A stretch of 64,000 bases of DNA. It comes from a bacterium. GTDB taxonomy: Bacteria; Patescibacteriota; Minisyncoccia; UBA6257; GWB1-50-10. How positions within the stretch are numbered: the stretch's first letter is position 1; every line of letters begins with the position of its first letter. Both the position numbers and the translations under genes were made by a program. Positions 55,997-64,000 of this stretch are shown here, one piece after another. Below the pieces are notes generated by a model that had not been told where the DNA came from, searched no databases, and saw only the letters and a list, made by a program, of their open reading frames with translations. Where the stretch lies: assembly GCA_021814165.1 (NCBI GenBank), contig JAKAIX010000002.1:5371-69370 (forward strand). Reading direction: 5' to 3'.

Positions 55997-57520
55997 ATGA
56001 ATATAACCCCCGTGGAGGCGGGCATAGTTGCGATCGCGGGTATCGCTATCGGGTATGCCGTCCGTCTCAATATCGCGAAGAAATCAAAGAACTCGATCGA
56101 GCGGAAAGCGGAAGAGGAGCTTGAAACCGCGAAAGCAAAGGCGAAAGAGATAGAACTCGAGGCGAAGAACCGCGCGGCGGCGGTTGTAGCCGAGGCGCAA
56201 AAAGACGAACGCGAACGGAAGCAGGAAATCCGGCGCCTTGAAGAACGTCTCACGAAGAAGGAGGACACGCTCGAAGAGCGGGCGCGTGAGTTCGATACCC
56301 AGCTCATGAGCATCTCCACAAAGGAGACGAAGCTCAAGGAGGCGGAAGAGGAAGTAAAGGTACTTCACGAAAAGGCGGTTACCGAACTCGAACGGGTCGC
56401 GGGACTTTCGCGCGAAGAAGCGAAACGGGCGATATTCGAAGAGCTTGAAACTTCATACCGCAAGGATCTTACGAATGACATCGCGCGACTTGAACGCGAG
56501 CGGAAAGACGCAATCGAGGCGAAAGGAATGGAAATCCTGGAGACAGCGATCCAGCGCTACGCGCGGAACTCGATTGCCGACATCACGACGAGCGTCGTAA
56601 ATCTCCCCGACGAAGAACTCAAGGCAAAAATCATCGGACGCGAAGGAAGAAACATACGCGCCTTCGAGCGGCTTACGGGCGTCGAGGTAATCGTCGATGA
56701 AACGCCGGAAAGCGTAGTGCTTTCTTCGTTCGACCCGATGCGACGCGAACTCGCGAAGATGGCTCTGGAAAAACTTCTGAAGGACGGAAGAATTCAGCCC
56801 GCGAAGATCGAGGAGAAGGTGGAGGAAGCCCGACGGGAACTTGAAACCAGAATCCAGAAAATCGGGGAAGACGCGGCGTACGAAGTAGGTATTCTCGATC
56901 TCCCGAAAGAACTCATTTATCTTCTGGGACGACTGAATTTCCGCACAAGCTACGGACAAAACGTCTTACAGCACTCGATCGAGATGGCGCACATTTCCGC
57001 AATGATCGCCGCGGAACTCGGCGTCAACACCGAAGTCGCGAAAAAAGGGGCGTTGCTCCACGACATCGGGAAAGCCGTCGATCACGAAGTTGAAGGAACG
57101 CATGTCGAAATCGGAAGAAAGCTTCTCAAGAAATACGGGATCGCCGACGAGATCGTCCAGGCGATGGAATCGCATCACGACGAGTATCCGTTCGCTTCGT
57201 CCGAATCCTATATTGTCGCCGCCGCGGACGCGATTTCCGCCGCACGACCCGGCGCGCGTCGCGATACGCTCGAAAAGTACATCAAGCGGCTTGAGGATAT
57301 TGAGAGAACGGTAAACGGCTTCGAGGGAGTGAAACAATCGTATGCGGTCTCCGCGGGAAGAGAGGTACGGGTATTCGTACTTCCCGAGAAAGTGGACGAC
57401 TTCGGCGCCCTTGAACTTGCGAAGCAGATAGCGCAAAAAATTCAAACAAACGTGCAATACCCCGGAGAAATCAAAGTAACGGTGATACGCGAGGTGAAGG
57501 CGGTGGAGTATGCCCGGTAG
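55997..57520 (+). CDS. rny: ribonuclease Y
   Basis: N-terminal TM helix, long charged coiled-coil, KH domain (IIGREGRNIRAFERLTGV), HD domain (LLHDIGKA). Confidence 0.9.
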   Translation: MNITPVEAGIVAIAGIAIGYAVRLNIAKKSKNSIERKAEEELETAKAKAKEIELEAKNRAAAVVAEAQKDERERKQEIRRLEERLTKKEDTLEERAREFDTQLMSISTKETKLKEAEEEVKVLHEKAVTELERVAGLSREEAKRAIFEELETSYRKDLTNDIARLERERKDAIEAKGMEILETAIQRYARNSIADITTSVVNLPDEELKAKIIGREGRNIRAFERLTGVEVIVDETPESVVLSSFDPMRRELAKMALEKLLKDGRIQPAKIEEKVEEARRELETRIQKIGEDAAYEVGILDLPKELIYLLGRLNFRTSYGQNVLQHSIEMAHISAMIAAELGVNTEVAKKGALLHDIGKAVDHEVEGTHVEIGRKLLKKYGIADEIVQAMESHHDEYPFASSESYIVAAADAISAARPGARRDTLEKYIKRLEDIERTVNGFEGVKQSYAVSAGREVRVFVLPEKVDDFGALELAKQIAQKIQTNVQYPGEIKVTVIREVKAVEYAR

Positions 57521-57561
57521 GGAGGTTGTTTATAAGGAAGGTAGGAAAATAAAGGGGAATT

Positions 57562-57570
57562 TGGTATAAT
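57562..57570 (+). promoter_or_regulatory. extended -10 element (TGgTATAAT) upstream of hup
   Basis: tggtataat lies 50 nt upstream of the hup ATG. Confidence 0.35.
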
Positions 57571-57620
57571 ACCCACGTCAGAAAAAAGGTCGGTAACGAA
57601 CTATTTAAACGGACGAATTT

Positions 57621-57896
57621 ATGAAAAAAGACGGATTGGTAGAGGCGGTGATGAAAGCGGCAGGCACCGAAACGAAAAAGCAGGCGGTACAGGCAGTCGA
57701 GGCGGTATTCGACACCATCGTGAAAACGATGTCGCGCGGCGAGGAGGTTGCAATCACCGGATTCGGAACTTTCAGGGTTGCAAAACGTGCTGCACGCATG
57801 GGTGTTAACCCGAAAACCGGAGAAAAGATTCAGATCAAGGCCTCGACGAAACCGAAATTCCGCGCCGGAAAACTTCTGAAGGAGGCGGTATTATAA
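57621..57896 (+). CDS. hup: DNA-binding protein HU
   Basis: 91 aa; GFGTF..R..R.GRNP..G beta-arm signature. Confidence 0.9.
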   Translation: MKKDGLVEAVMKAAGTETKKQAVQAVEAVFDTIVKTMSRGEEVAITGFGTFRVAKRAARMGVNPKTGEKIQIKASTKPKFRAGKLLKEAVL

Positions 57897-57916
57897 CGGA
57901 TTCTTTTGAGCTCAAT

Positions 57917-57946
57917 CAAAAAACTCCCTTGGAAGGGAGTTTTTTG
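57917..57946. terminator. bidirectional rho-independent terminator
   Basis: aaaaaactccctt-ggaa-gggagtttttt between convergent hup and the secreted-protein gene. Confidence 0.85.
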
Positions 57947-57957
57947 ATTGACACTTA

Positions 57958-58818
57958 CTATCGTATCAGCAGCTTCCTCACCAAACCGCTGACATCAATA
58001 AAGCTTTGATAAGCGCCCTTCACCGCGTCAAGGGACGAGCGCACCAAATCCTTTACTGATGTCAAAGGAATGGACGATGAAGTTTCCGTGCCGTCGTTCG
58101 AGGAGGTGGCGGTCGAGGTGGCGGTCGAGGTGGCTACCTCTTCGGTGCTCGTTGCGATATAACGCGAGACAAAAAGATCCGCCGCGGCATTGTTCAACTT
58201 TGAAGCGGAGTCGATGAGCGATCTTGCCTTCGAAAGATACTTTGAAACGTCTTTGTTGCCGGAGCTGATTCCGAGCGACTTGAGATTTTCGTTTATTTTC
58301 TCCAGCCGCTTCTCTGCGGTTTGCACCGCCTTCGCTTCCTGTTTGACGAGAATAAAGTCCTGAACCTGAGTCACTAAAGGGAGATACTCCGACTCGCGCC
58401 ATCCTTTAAAACTCTTCGCGATGCCGGCTATGTCACCCGCCGTAACCGACGTCGGCCCGTTCAAAAGTTCACGCTCCGAATCATAATACGCAAGCGCGCG
58501 AGCAAGCTCATCGAGCGTAGTTTGCTTCCACTCCTCAAATCGATCGTCTTTTTCCGTCGTAAGCAGTTTAAATTCGATGTCTTTCGTTTCTGCAGCGGAA
58601 AGATCAAGAACCTGTTTGAATGTCTCTATCTTGAGCGAAAGATCATTCGAGGTATTATCATCTTTCGCGGTTACGAGATCGTCCAGGTATGCCTTGGTGT
58701 TTTCCAACACCTTTTGGACCGCGGGGGTGCTTTCCGCCGCCGCCGCGCCGGGATGCATCACGACGAGAAACGCTGCGGCAAATGCGACAATAAATCCCCT
58801 TTTCATTATGCTTCTCAT
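57958..58818 (-). CDS. secreted hypothetical protein, last gene of the ECF-sigma operon
   Basis: Signal peptide MKRGFIVAFAAAFLVVMHPGAAAA; helical; C-terminal TSTATSTATS low-complexity. Confidence 0.4.
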   Translation of the reverse strand: MRSIMKRGFIVAFAAAFLVVMHPGAAAAESTPAVQKVLENTKAYLDDLVTAKDDNTSNDLSLKIETFKQVLDLSAAETKDIEFKLLTTEKDDRFEEWKQTTLDELARALAYYDSERELLNGPTSVTAGDIAGIAKSFKGWRESEYLPLVTQVQDFILVKQEAKAVQTAEKRLEKINENLKSLGISSGNKDVSKYLSKARSLIDSASKLNNAAADLFVSRYIATSTEEVATSTATSTATSSNDGTETSSSIPLTSVKDLVRSSLDAVKGAYQSFIDVSGLVRKLLIR

Positions 58819-58822
58819 GGTA

Positions 58823-59281
58823 TTAAAAGATGACTTTATTTAAAAGCGTGTCTATTTGAGAATTATTCGTATCATTGACGGGGACGTTAAAGCGATCTTC
58901 TTCCGAGCGAAGAAGCTCCTGGTTCAGATGGCGCATGCTGTTACTCGAGATCTCCGAGAGTGCGGAGGCGATCGTCTGATCCACCGTCTGGTGATACGTG
59001 ATGGCCTGAAGTTCCACATTGATGGTGAGGTCATTAAACTCCTGGCTTAGCGCTTCGGGATTTCCAACCGCCGAGAGCGCGGGGCTGGGACGAGTAAGCG
59101 AGGTGGCGGTAACAATCGATACGACAAGCATCGCGAATGCCGTTGCCCACAAAGGAAGAATCCCCCACGCTCGATTCCGGTTCCTTGGAAGGGCCAATAT
59201 GCCGCGACGAGTCGCCGCGACAAAATGTTCGTCGGGTTCGATTGTGCTAAGCGTTTTGAGTTGTTTCGCGAGATTGTTCAT
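58823..59281 (-). CDS. putative anti-sigma factor (single-pass membrane protein)
   Basis: 152 aa; cytoplasmic N-terminus, one TM (ILPLWATAFAMLVVSIV), extracytoplasmic C-terminus; overlaps the sigma gene by 35 nt. Confidence 0.45.
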   Translation of the reverse strand: MNNLAKQLKTLSTIEPDEHFVAATRRGILALPRNRNRAWGILPLWATAFAMLVVSIVTATSLTRPSPALSAVGNPEALSQEFNDLTINVELQAITYHQTVDQTIASALSEISSNSMRHLNQELLRSEEDRFNVPVNDTNNSQIDTLLNKVIF

Positions 59282-59819
59282 TTGTTTCTTCGAGATATTT
59301 CTTTAATTGTTTGAGCGCCCGATGTTGAATAACCCGTATCGCTCCCTCGCTTTTCTCGAGTGCCGCCGCAATTTCTTTATTCGGGCGGTCTTCCACAAAT
59401 TTCATGATAAGCACGTCCTGATACGCCGGCTCGAGAAGGGAGAGATATTTCTTTATTCGTTCCACCTCAAGTGCCGTGTCAAGCGTGCGTTCTTCCGTCG
59501 TTTCCGAAACAAGCAAGTATTCGGGTGCTTCATGGAGCGCGACGCTCGGTCTTGAAGTGCGGTAGTAATCAATGATCGCATTTCTTGCAATCCGATAAAG
59601 CCAGCTTGAAAAAGGAAATCCCTGAAATTCGTAGCGTCCGATATTCTTCCACGCGCTTAGGAACACCTCATGCGTAATATCCTCGGCATCCCCCTTTTTC
59701 CCACCTACTTTTAAAAAGACGAAGCGATAGATGGCGGATATATGGCTGTCATAAAGCGCTCCAAAGGCCTCTTCTTTGCCTTCTTTCGCTTTTTGTATTA
59801 ATTGTCGTTCGTCTTCCAT
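59247..59819 (-). CDS. ECF-family RNA polymerase sigma factor (sigma-70 regions 2 and 4)
   Basis: FGALYDSHISAIYRFVF.. (region 2) and the C-terminal HTH EIAAALEKSEGAIRVIQHRALKQL (region 4). Confidence 0.85.
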   Translation of the reverse strand: MEDERQLIQKAKEGKEEAFGALYDSHISAIYRFVFLKVGGKKGDAEDITHEVFLSAWKNIGRYEFQGFPFSSWLYRIARNAIIDYYRTSRPSVALHEAPEYLLVSETTEERTLDTALEVERIKKYLSLLEPAYQDVLIMKFVEDRPNKEIAAALEKSEGAIRVIQHRALKQLKKYLEETNEQSRETTQNA

Positions 59820-59960
59820 AGGTAGAACGATGTTCCCGGCCTTTTGTTTCTGGGGCAGAAAAACGCTTTGTAACGGAGTGTAACGTTACATAAGAAGCTT
59901 ACCAGACAGCCAACCGGGAGGCAAAACCCGACTTAGAACCGTACTAGTCCCGACGGGCGG

Positions 59961-60257
59961 TCAAAAAGAGGAACGGATGACAAAAAATAAACAGAGATAT
60001 ACCAGAACCATGAGAAGGTTAAACCATATGCAATCCTTACTCAGCGTCCGACTCGCCTGCTTCTTGATGCGAACAACATAGATGGCCTGGAAGAAAGCGA
60101 CAAGATGGATAGAGGCGGGCAGCAAAACAATAAAGAGGGATCCCGGATAAAAATAATAAGCCAACGTGAGTAACAACAACCACGCGCTCATAAGAAACCA
60201 GATTGCGTGGTTGAGATTCCGAAATAATTTTTTACGAACGGCCCACTCGAAAATCAT
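59961..60257 (-). CDS. hypothetical small membrane protein
   Basis: 98 aa, three predicted TM helices, AT-rich codon usage. Confidence 0.3.
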   Translation of the reverse strand: MIFEWAVRKKLFRNLNHAIWFLMSAWLLLLTLAYYFYPGSLFIVLLPASIHLVAFFQAIYVVRIKKQASRTLSKDCIWFNLLMVLVYLCLFFVIRSSF

Positions 60258-60282
60258 GAAATTACGGTGCGGGATGGGAGAA

Positions 60283-60528
60283 TTATTCTACTAACCTCTT
60301 CCTTCGAAAAGCTATACCAGAAGATGTCTTTAAATACTTTTCAAAGCTTACCGCCTTATTCTTGCTCAAAAAACCGCAAACCCAGATTATCTTCCAGGGC
60401 ATGAATTTTGAGGTGTGTTTGTTAGCGCCATTGTTATGAGAAATGATTCTTTTCTTTAGATCCGAAGTCGAACCTACATAGATTTCTCTTGGAGAACTGG
60501 TGCTTCGAAGAATGTAGACATAATACAT
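60283..60528 (-). CDS. GIY-YIG nuclease-family small protein (UPF0213/YhbQ-like)
   Basis: YYVYILRS..REIYVGSTSDLKKRIISHN is the GIY-YIG motif; 81 aa. Confidence 0.8.
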   Translation of the reverse strand: MYYVYILRSTSSPREIYVGSTSDLKKRIISHNNGANKHTSKFMPWKIIWVCGFLSKNKAVSFEKYLKTSSGIAFRRKRLVE

Positions 60529-60660
60529 AGTAGGTGCGGTCCTTCTTCGCCAAGGCTACGAAGGACACTTCTTCTTTTTTCCTTCTTGTTTTGTTTTTAG
60601 AGTTACCGAATGAAAGGTGAGGTGGCCTGCACTTCGAAGCTCCGGAGGAGCGAAGAAGTG

Positions 60661-60731
60661 TGCGGGATGGGAGAGTCGAACTCCCGACTTCAGTTTGGAA
60701 AACTGACATTTTACCGCTAAACTAATCCCGC
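60661..60731 (-). tRNA. tRNA-Gly (anticodon TCC)
   Basis: Acceptor GCGGGAT/ATCCCGC; D-arm TAGTTTAGCGGTAAAA; anticodon arm TCAGT-TTTCCAA-ACTGA; T-loop TTCGACT. Confidence 0.75.
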
Positions 60732-60897
60732 GAATAAATCCCGTTTCAGCATCTATCATTGCATAAAACGGAAATTCCGCGCAAGAAGGGTGTTTCTTAA
60801 CGAAAGCACGACAATTGGAAAATCCATATATTGGCTTCTTCCGCAAAGAGAATAGCCGAAAAAGAAGTCGTGTGCTACAGTATAGGAAAAGACAGGT

Positions 60898-61491
60898 ATG
60901 GGGTCTTTTTCCAAGAAAACGATTTTTAGCGCCGTTGTCCTTCTCGCGATTGCAGGAGGCATTATTTATTATTCGGGAAAGGGGTTGCAAAATGTGCCCC
61001 CCTCCTTCATGGAGGCGCGAAAAGCGGCCGCTACGGTGAGTCAGGATATCGTAACGCTGACTTCAAAGACTAACGCGACGATCCAGACCATCAACGCGAC
61101 GGAAAAAACCGGGTCCGCGGATCGGATACTCGGACTCATCGACGAAGCGCGCGCGACAAACGCCCAGGCATACCAGAAGGCCTTCGAACTTTCAAAAGAT
61201 CTTCAACAGATGACGGAAGCGTTAAGCCAGGTTGGGCCCCGCGAAAGCCAACGGCTCGCATACGAGGCGATTGCGATCGAGCTTTCCCTCACGAGTGAAT
61301 TCATTACTTACACGGGCGCACTGGGCGACTTTCTAAGCGCTCTCGCAAAAACGACAACCACCGGCGTCTACGGAAATCGTCAGACGATTGCCCAGGAGCT
61401 TGCTACCGTAAACGCAAAAGCGGCGATTATCAACAATCTGAACCGCGAGTTTAACGAGAAGATGACGGCATTCGACGCATCACTACAATGA
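60898..61491 (+). CDS. hypothetical membrane-anchored/secreted protein
   Basis: N-terminal TM/signal (IFSAVVLLAIAGGIIYY); helical, Ala/Thr-rich. Confidence 0.4.
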   Translation: MGSFSKKTIFSAVVLLAIAGGIIYYSGKGLQNVPPSFMEARKAAATVSQDIVTLTSKTNATIQTINATEKTGSADRILGLIDEARATNAQAYQKAFELSKDLQQMTEALSQVGPRESQRLAYEAIAIELSLTSEFITYTGALGDFLSALAKTTTTGVYGNRQTIAQELATVNAKAAIINNLNREFNEKMTAFDASLQ

Positions 61492-61850
61492 AATTCATAG
61501 GAAGGATTATATTCCACATAATTTCGAACGCCTTCGCGCTTTTTATCGCGGCTCAGGTGGTCAACGGATTTCTTTTCCAGGGAGATCTCCTGGCGCTCTT
61601 CATCGCCGCTCTTATTCTTACCGTTATTAATGCGCTCTTGAAGCCGATCCTGAAGCTTATCCTAGGACCGCTCATCCTTCTCACGTTCGGGATTATTACC
61701 ATAGTTATCAACGCGTTTTCTCTTTACGTTCTTGACATGTTGAGCCCCGCGATTACAATTCAAGGGTATATTCCCCTCCTTCTTGCGACGCTTATTATAG
61801 GAGCGGTGAACATCATATTCGGCTTCTCGGCAAAAGCGACACACGAATAA
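61488..61850 (+). CDS. small polytopic membrane protein (phage-holin-4/DUF360-like)
   Basis: 120 aa, four TM helices, GxxxG-rich; 4-nt overlap with the upstream gene. Confidence 0.45.
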   Translation: MKFIGRIIFHIISNAFALFIAAQVVNGFLFQGDLLALFIAALILTVINALLKPILKLILGPLILLTFGIITIVINAFSLYVLDMLSPAITIQGYIPLLLATLIIGAVNIIFGFSAKATHE

Positions 61851-61855
61851 TCTTT

Positions 61856-62065
61856 ATGCTTCTTATCGGACAAATCGTAGTTTCCATCATTCTTATTGCG
61901 CTCATCCTCGTTCAAGAACGTTCCAGCGGCCTCTCGGGCGTATTCGGCGGCCAAGGCGCAACCCCTTACCAAACGCGGCGAGGTCTCGAAAAAGCGATCT
62001 ACTGGGGCACTATCGTTGCCGCCGCGATCTTCGCGCTGCTCGCCATTCTGAATCTCGTTCTATAG
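61856..62065 (+). CDS. secG: preprotein translocase subunit SecG
   Basis: 69 aa, two TM helices, LVQERSSGLSGVFGG matches the SecG signature (LLQ..G.GL...FGG). Confidence 0.7.
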   Translation: MLLIGQIVVSIILIALILVQERSSGLSGVFGGQGATPYQTRRGLEKAIYWGTIVAAAIFALLAILNLVL

Positions 62066-62116
62066 ACCCTCTTATCCTTTCCCGCGAAAGGCGCATCCCC
62101 TCTTTAAGAACGGAGC

Positions 62117-63733
62117 ATGGCTATCTTGAAGCAAATATTCGCGCATTTTTCTTCGAAGGAACAAAAGTGGTTCGTTGCTTCCGCAATTGTATTTTTCCTC
62201 GCACTCATCGCGCATACCACCCTCGCGATACACGACCACAGCGTATTCGTTCCCGTTGAGGGGGGAAGTTATCACGAGGGGTTCGTGGGGCAGCCGATCG
62301 CGCTGAACCCCATACTATCGAATAATCCGATTGATCAGGAAATAAGTTCATTGCTCTTCACGCGGCTCGAAAATCTTATGAGCGGCTATGAAGTAAGCGA
62401 TGACGGCAGGGAATATACCCTGAAACTGAAAGAGAACCTGCGTTGGAGCGATAATGAGCCTCTCACCTCCGACGATGTACTATTCACCATAAAAACCATA
62501 CAGAATCCCGATGCGTATTCCCCTCTCGCAAAAAGCTGGCAGGGAATCGCCGTTGAACGGGTAAGCCAGCTCCAGGTGAAGCTGACGCTTCTTTCCCCGT
62601 ATGTGTTTTTTGCCGACAACATCGCGCATCTTCCCGTTGTCCCGAAACATATTTATGGAACAATTCCCGTTCAGAACTTCCGCCTCTCGGGCTATAATCT
62701 CGAACCGGTGGGAAGCGGCCCGTACCGATTCGAAAAATTCACGAAACGGAAGGATGGGTTTATCACTCAATATCAATTCGTGGCGAACGACAACTTCGTC
62801 GGGACAAGACCTTATATCCGCGATTTCTACTTCGATTTCTTTCAGAACACGGACGACCTCAAGCGTGCGCTTGCGAAACGCGACATCAACGCATTCGGTA
62901 CCGCGGCGCCGCTTTCCGCGGATACGTTGGATATGAAAGGCCTCGTCGTCCAGAAAATTCCCATGCCGAACTACTATGCGATTTTCTTCAATCAAAACAG
63001 CAACCCGCTTCTCCGTGACGATTCGATACGTGAAGCGCTTGTTGCCGCAATAGACCAGAACGCGATTACAAAGGATGTGCTGCAAGGGAATGCCATTCCG
63101 GTATTCGGCCCGCATCTCGTATTTGAACGCGACAGCATCACGAGCGGCGATGCCACATTCGATCCCGACCGCGCACGCGAACTGATAAGCGCTTTTAAAA
63201 CAAAAAACAAGAACGAACGGATTGAGATCGCGCTTTCCGTTCCCGACGCGTCCTTTCTCAAGGATGTCGCCGAATATGTGAAAACCGCGTGGATGAATGC
63301 CGGCATCGACGAGGTAACTATCCGCGTATTCAACCCGAGCGACCCGACCGATGCCACGATAAAATCGCGGGATTACGAGATGATACTTTTCGGGAATGTG
63401 CTCGAGAATCCGGAAGATCTGTTTCCTTTCTGGCACTCTTCCCAGCGCGCGTACCCCGGATTCAATCTTGCGCTGTATTCCAATCAGAAGGTGGACACCG
63501 CGATAGAAGCTGCTCGTCAATCGGGTGTCGCGTCGCGCAGGAGCGCGCAGGTCACCCAAGAAACCTCGCTTATCATGGCGGATGCGCCGGCGTTATTCCT
63601 TTTCTCTCTTCCCTACACGTATGTGCATACGCCGTCACTCAAAGGATTTTCCCCGAAGACGCTGGGAACCCCTGCGGATCGTTTCAATATGGTGGACGGC
63701 TGGTATGTCGCCGAGGTGCGGATAGTACAATAA
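62117..63733 (+). CDS. ABC transporter substrate-binding protein, family 5 (peptide/nickel type)
   Basis: N-terminal TM anchor; SBP_bac_5-like length (538 aa) and motifs (RWSDNEPLTSDDVLFT). Confidence 0.75.
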   Translation: MAILKQIFAHFSSKEQKWFVASAIVFFLALIAHTTLAIHDHSVFVPVEGGSYHEGFVGQPIALNPILSNNPIDQEISSLLFTRLENLMSGYEVSDDGREYTLKLKENLRWSDNEPLTSDDVLFTIKTIQNPDAYSPLAKSWQGIAVERVSQLQVKLTLLSPYVFFADNIAHLPVVPKHIYGTIPVQNFRLSGYNLEPVGSGPYRFEKFTKRKDGFITQYQFVANDNFVGTRPYIRDFYFDFFQNTDDLKRALAKRDINAFGTAAPLSADTLDMKGLVVQKIPMPNYYAIFFNQNSNPLLRDDSIREALVAAIDQNAITKDVLQGNAIPVFGPHLVFERDSITSGDATFDPDRARELISAFKTKNKNERIEIALSVPDASFLKDVAEYVKTAWMNAGIDEVTIRVFNPSDPTDATIKSRDYEMILFGNVLENPEDLFPFWHSSQRAYPGFNLALYSNQKVDTAIEAARQSGVASRRSAQVTQETSLIMADAPALFLFSLPYTYVHTPSLKGFSPKTLGTPADRFNMVDGWYVAEVRIVQ

Positions 63734-63737
63734 TCAC

Positions 63738-64000
63738 ATGGATTCTTATGAAAAAGACATTCTCGGGTTTCGGGACCAGCTCGATGGGAAGGGGCTCTTG
63801 CCATGGGAGCTCCAAAAACTCGGCTCGTTTTCTCCCGACGGGATAGTAATTCTCGGAATGGGAGGTTCTGGCATGTCGGGAATATGTTTCAAGGCAACGG
63901 CATCCTCACTCGGGATAAAAGTGCCGGTTGTAGTCGTAGAAAACGCCGCGCTCCCTTTTCTTTTCTTCAAGCGCCCGTTCTTTATTTCGGTATCATTTTC
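63738..64000 (+). CDS. partial CDS (5' end), SIS-domain sugar isomerase-like (bifunctional PGI/PMI family candidate)
   Basis: Open frame from the ATG at 63738 to the window end with no stop. GMGGSGMSG resembles the N-terminal SIS motif of archaeal-type PGI/PMI. The ORF track does not list it because it is truncated. Confidence 0.35.
   Translation, partial: MDSYEKDILGFRDQLDGKGLLPWELQKLGSFSPDGIVILGMGGSGMSGICFKATASSLGIKVPVVVVENAALPFLFFKRPFFISVSF

Noticed and set aside
63289-63846. 185-aa plus-strand ORF overlapping the 3' end of the SBP gene
   Set aside because: It is out of frame with the well-supported substrate-binding protein and is Arg/Cys-rich. The downstream ATG at 63738 in a different frame gives a sensible SIS-domain N-terminus instead.

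Overview
This is a gene-dense bacterial window with about 54% GC, no rRNA and five tRNA genes. My inference is that it resembles a small-genome Patescibacteria/CPR-like bacterium. That rests only on the compact operons, a very large Ser/Thr-rich surface protein, many glycan genes and few metabolic genes.

The first ~28 kb is essentially one surface-glycan locus. A short plus-strand operon (RmlC-like cupin, two SDRs, GHMP heptose kinase, sugar-1-P nucleotidyltransferase) converges on a ~24 kb minus-strand super-operon. That super-operon carries at least seven SAM methyltransferases, glycosyltransferases, two sugar aminotransferases, RmlA/RmlB, a NeuB-family nonulosonate synthase, a KdsC-type phosphatase, a GmhA-like isomerase, a CMP-sugar cytidylyltransferase, NUDIX, AKR and SDR genes.

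Two Wzy_C (O-antigen-ligase/PglL-like) membrane proteins and a 1150-aa Ser/Thr-rich surface protein with a peptidoglycan-binding domain lie immediately downstream. Together these look like a complete protein O-glycosylation system.

The second half holds housekeeping and stress genes: ClpB, HtrA, SIMPL, a cysteine desulfurase, MgtC, PduO-type adenosyltransferase, Tmk, ZnuBC-like ABC, GdhA, SemiSWEET, iPGM, RNase Y, HU, an ECF sigma module, SecG and two substrate-binding proteins. tRNA-His, -Phe, -Arg, -Pro and -Gly are present, and two of them border low-GC islets.

The most unusual signals are these:
- A five-copy ~95-bp AT-rich inverted heptad-array element sits exactly in the intergenic gaps upstream of stress and envelope genes.
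- GC-rich palindromic doublets are inserted in frame four times in one membrane-protein gene, and similar hairpin DNA is inserted in frame in the cysteine desulfurase gene (Rickettsia-palindromic-element-like).
- Two distant hairpins share an identical 42-nt core but have completely different perfect stems.
- A three-domain Zn-ribbon/methyltransferase/APH-like kinase fusion protein lies inside the glycan operon.
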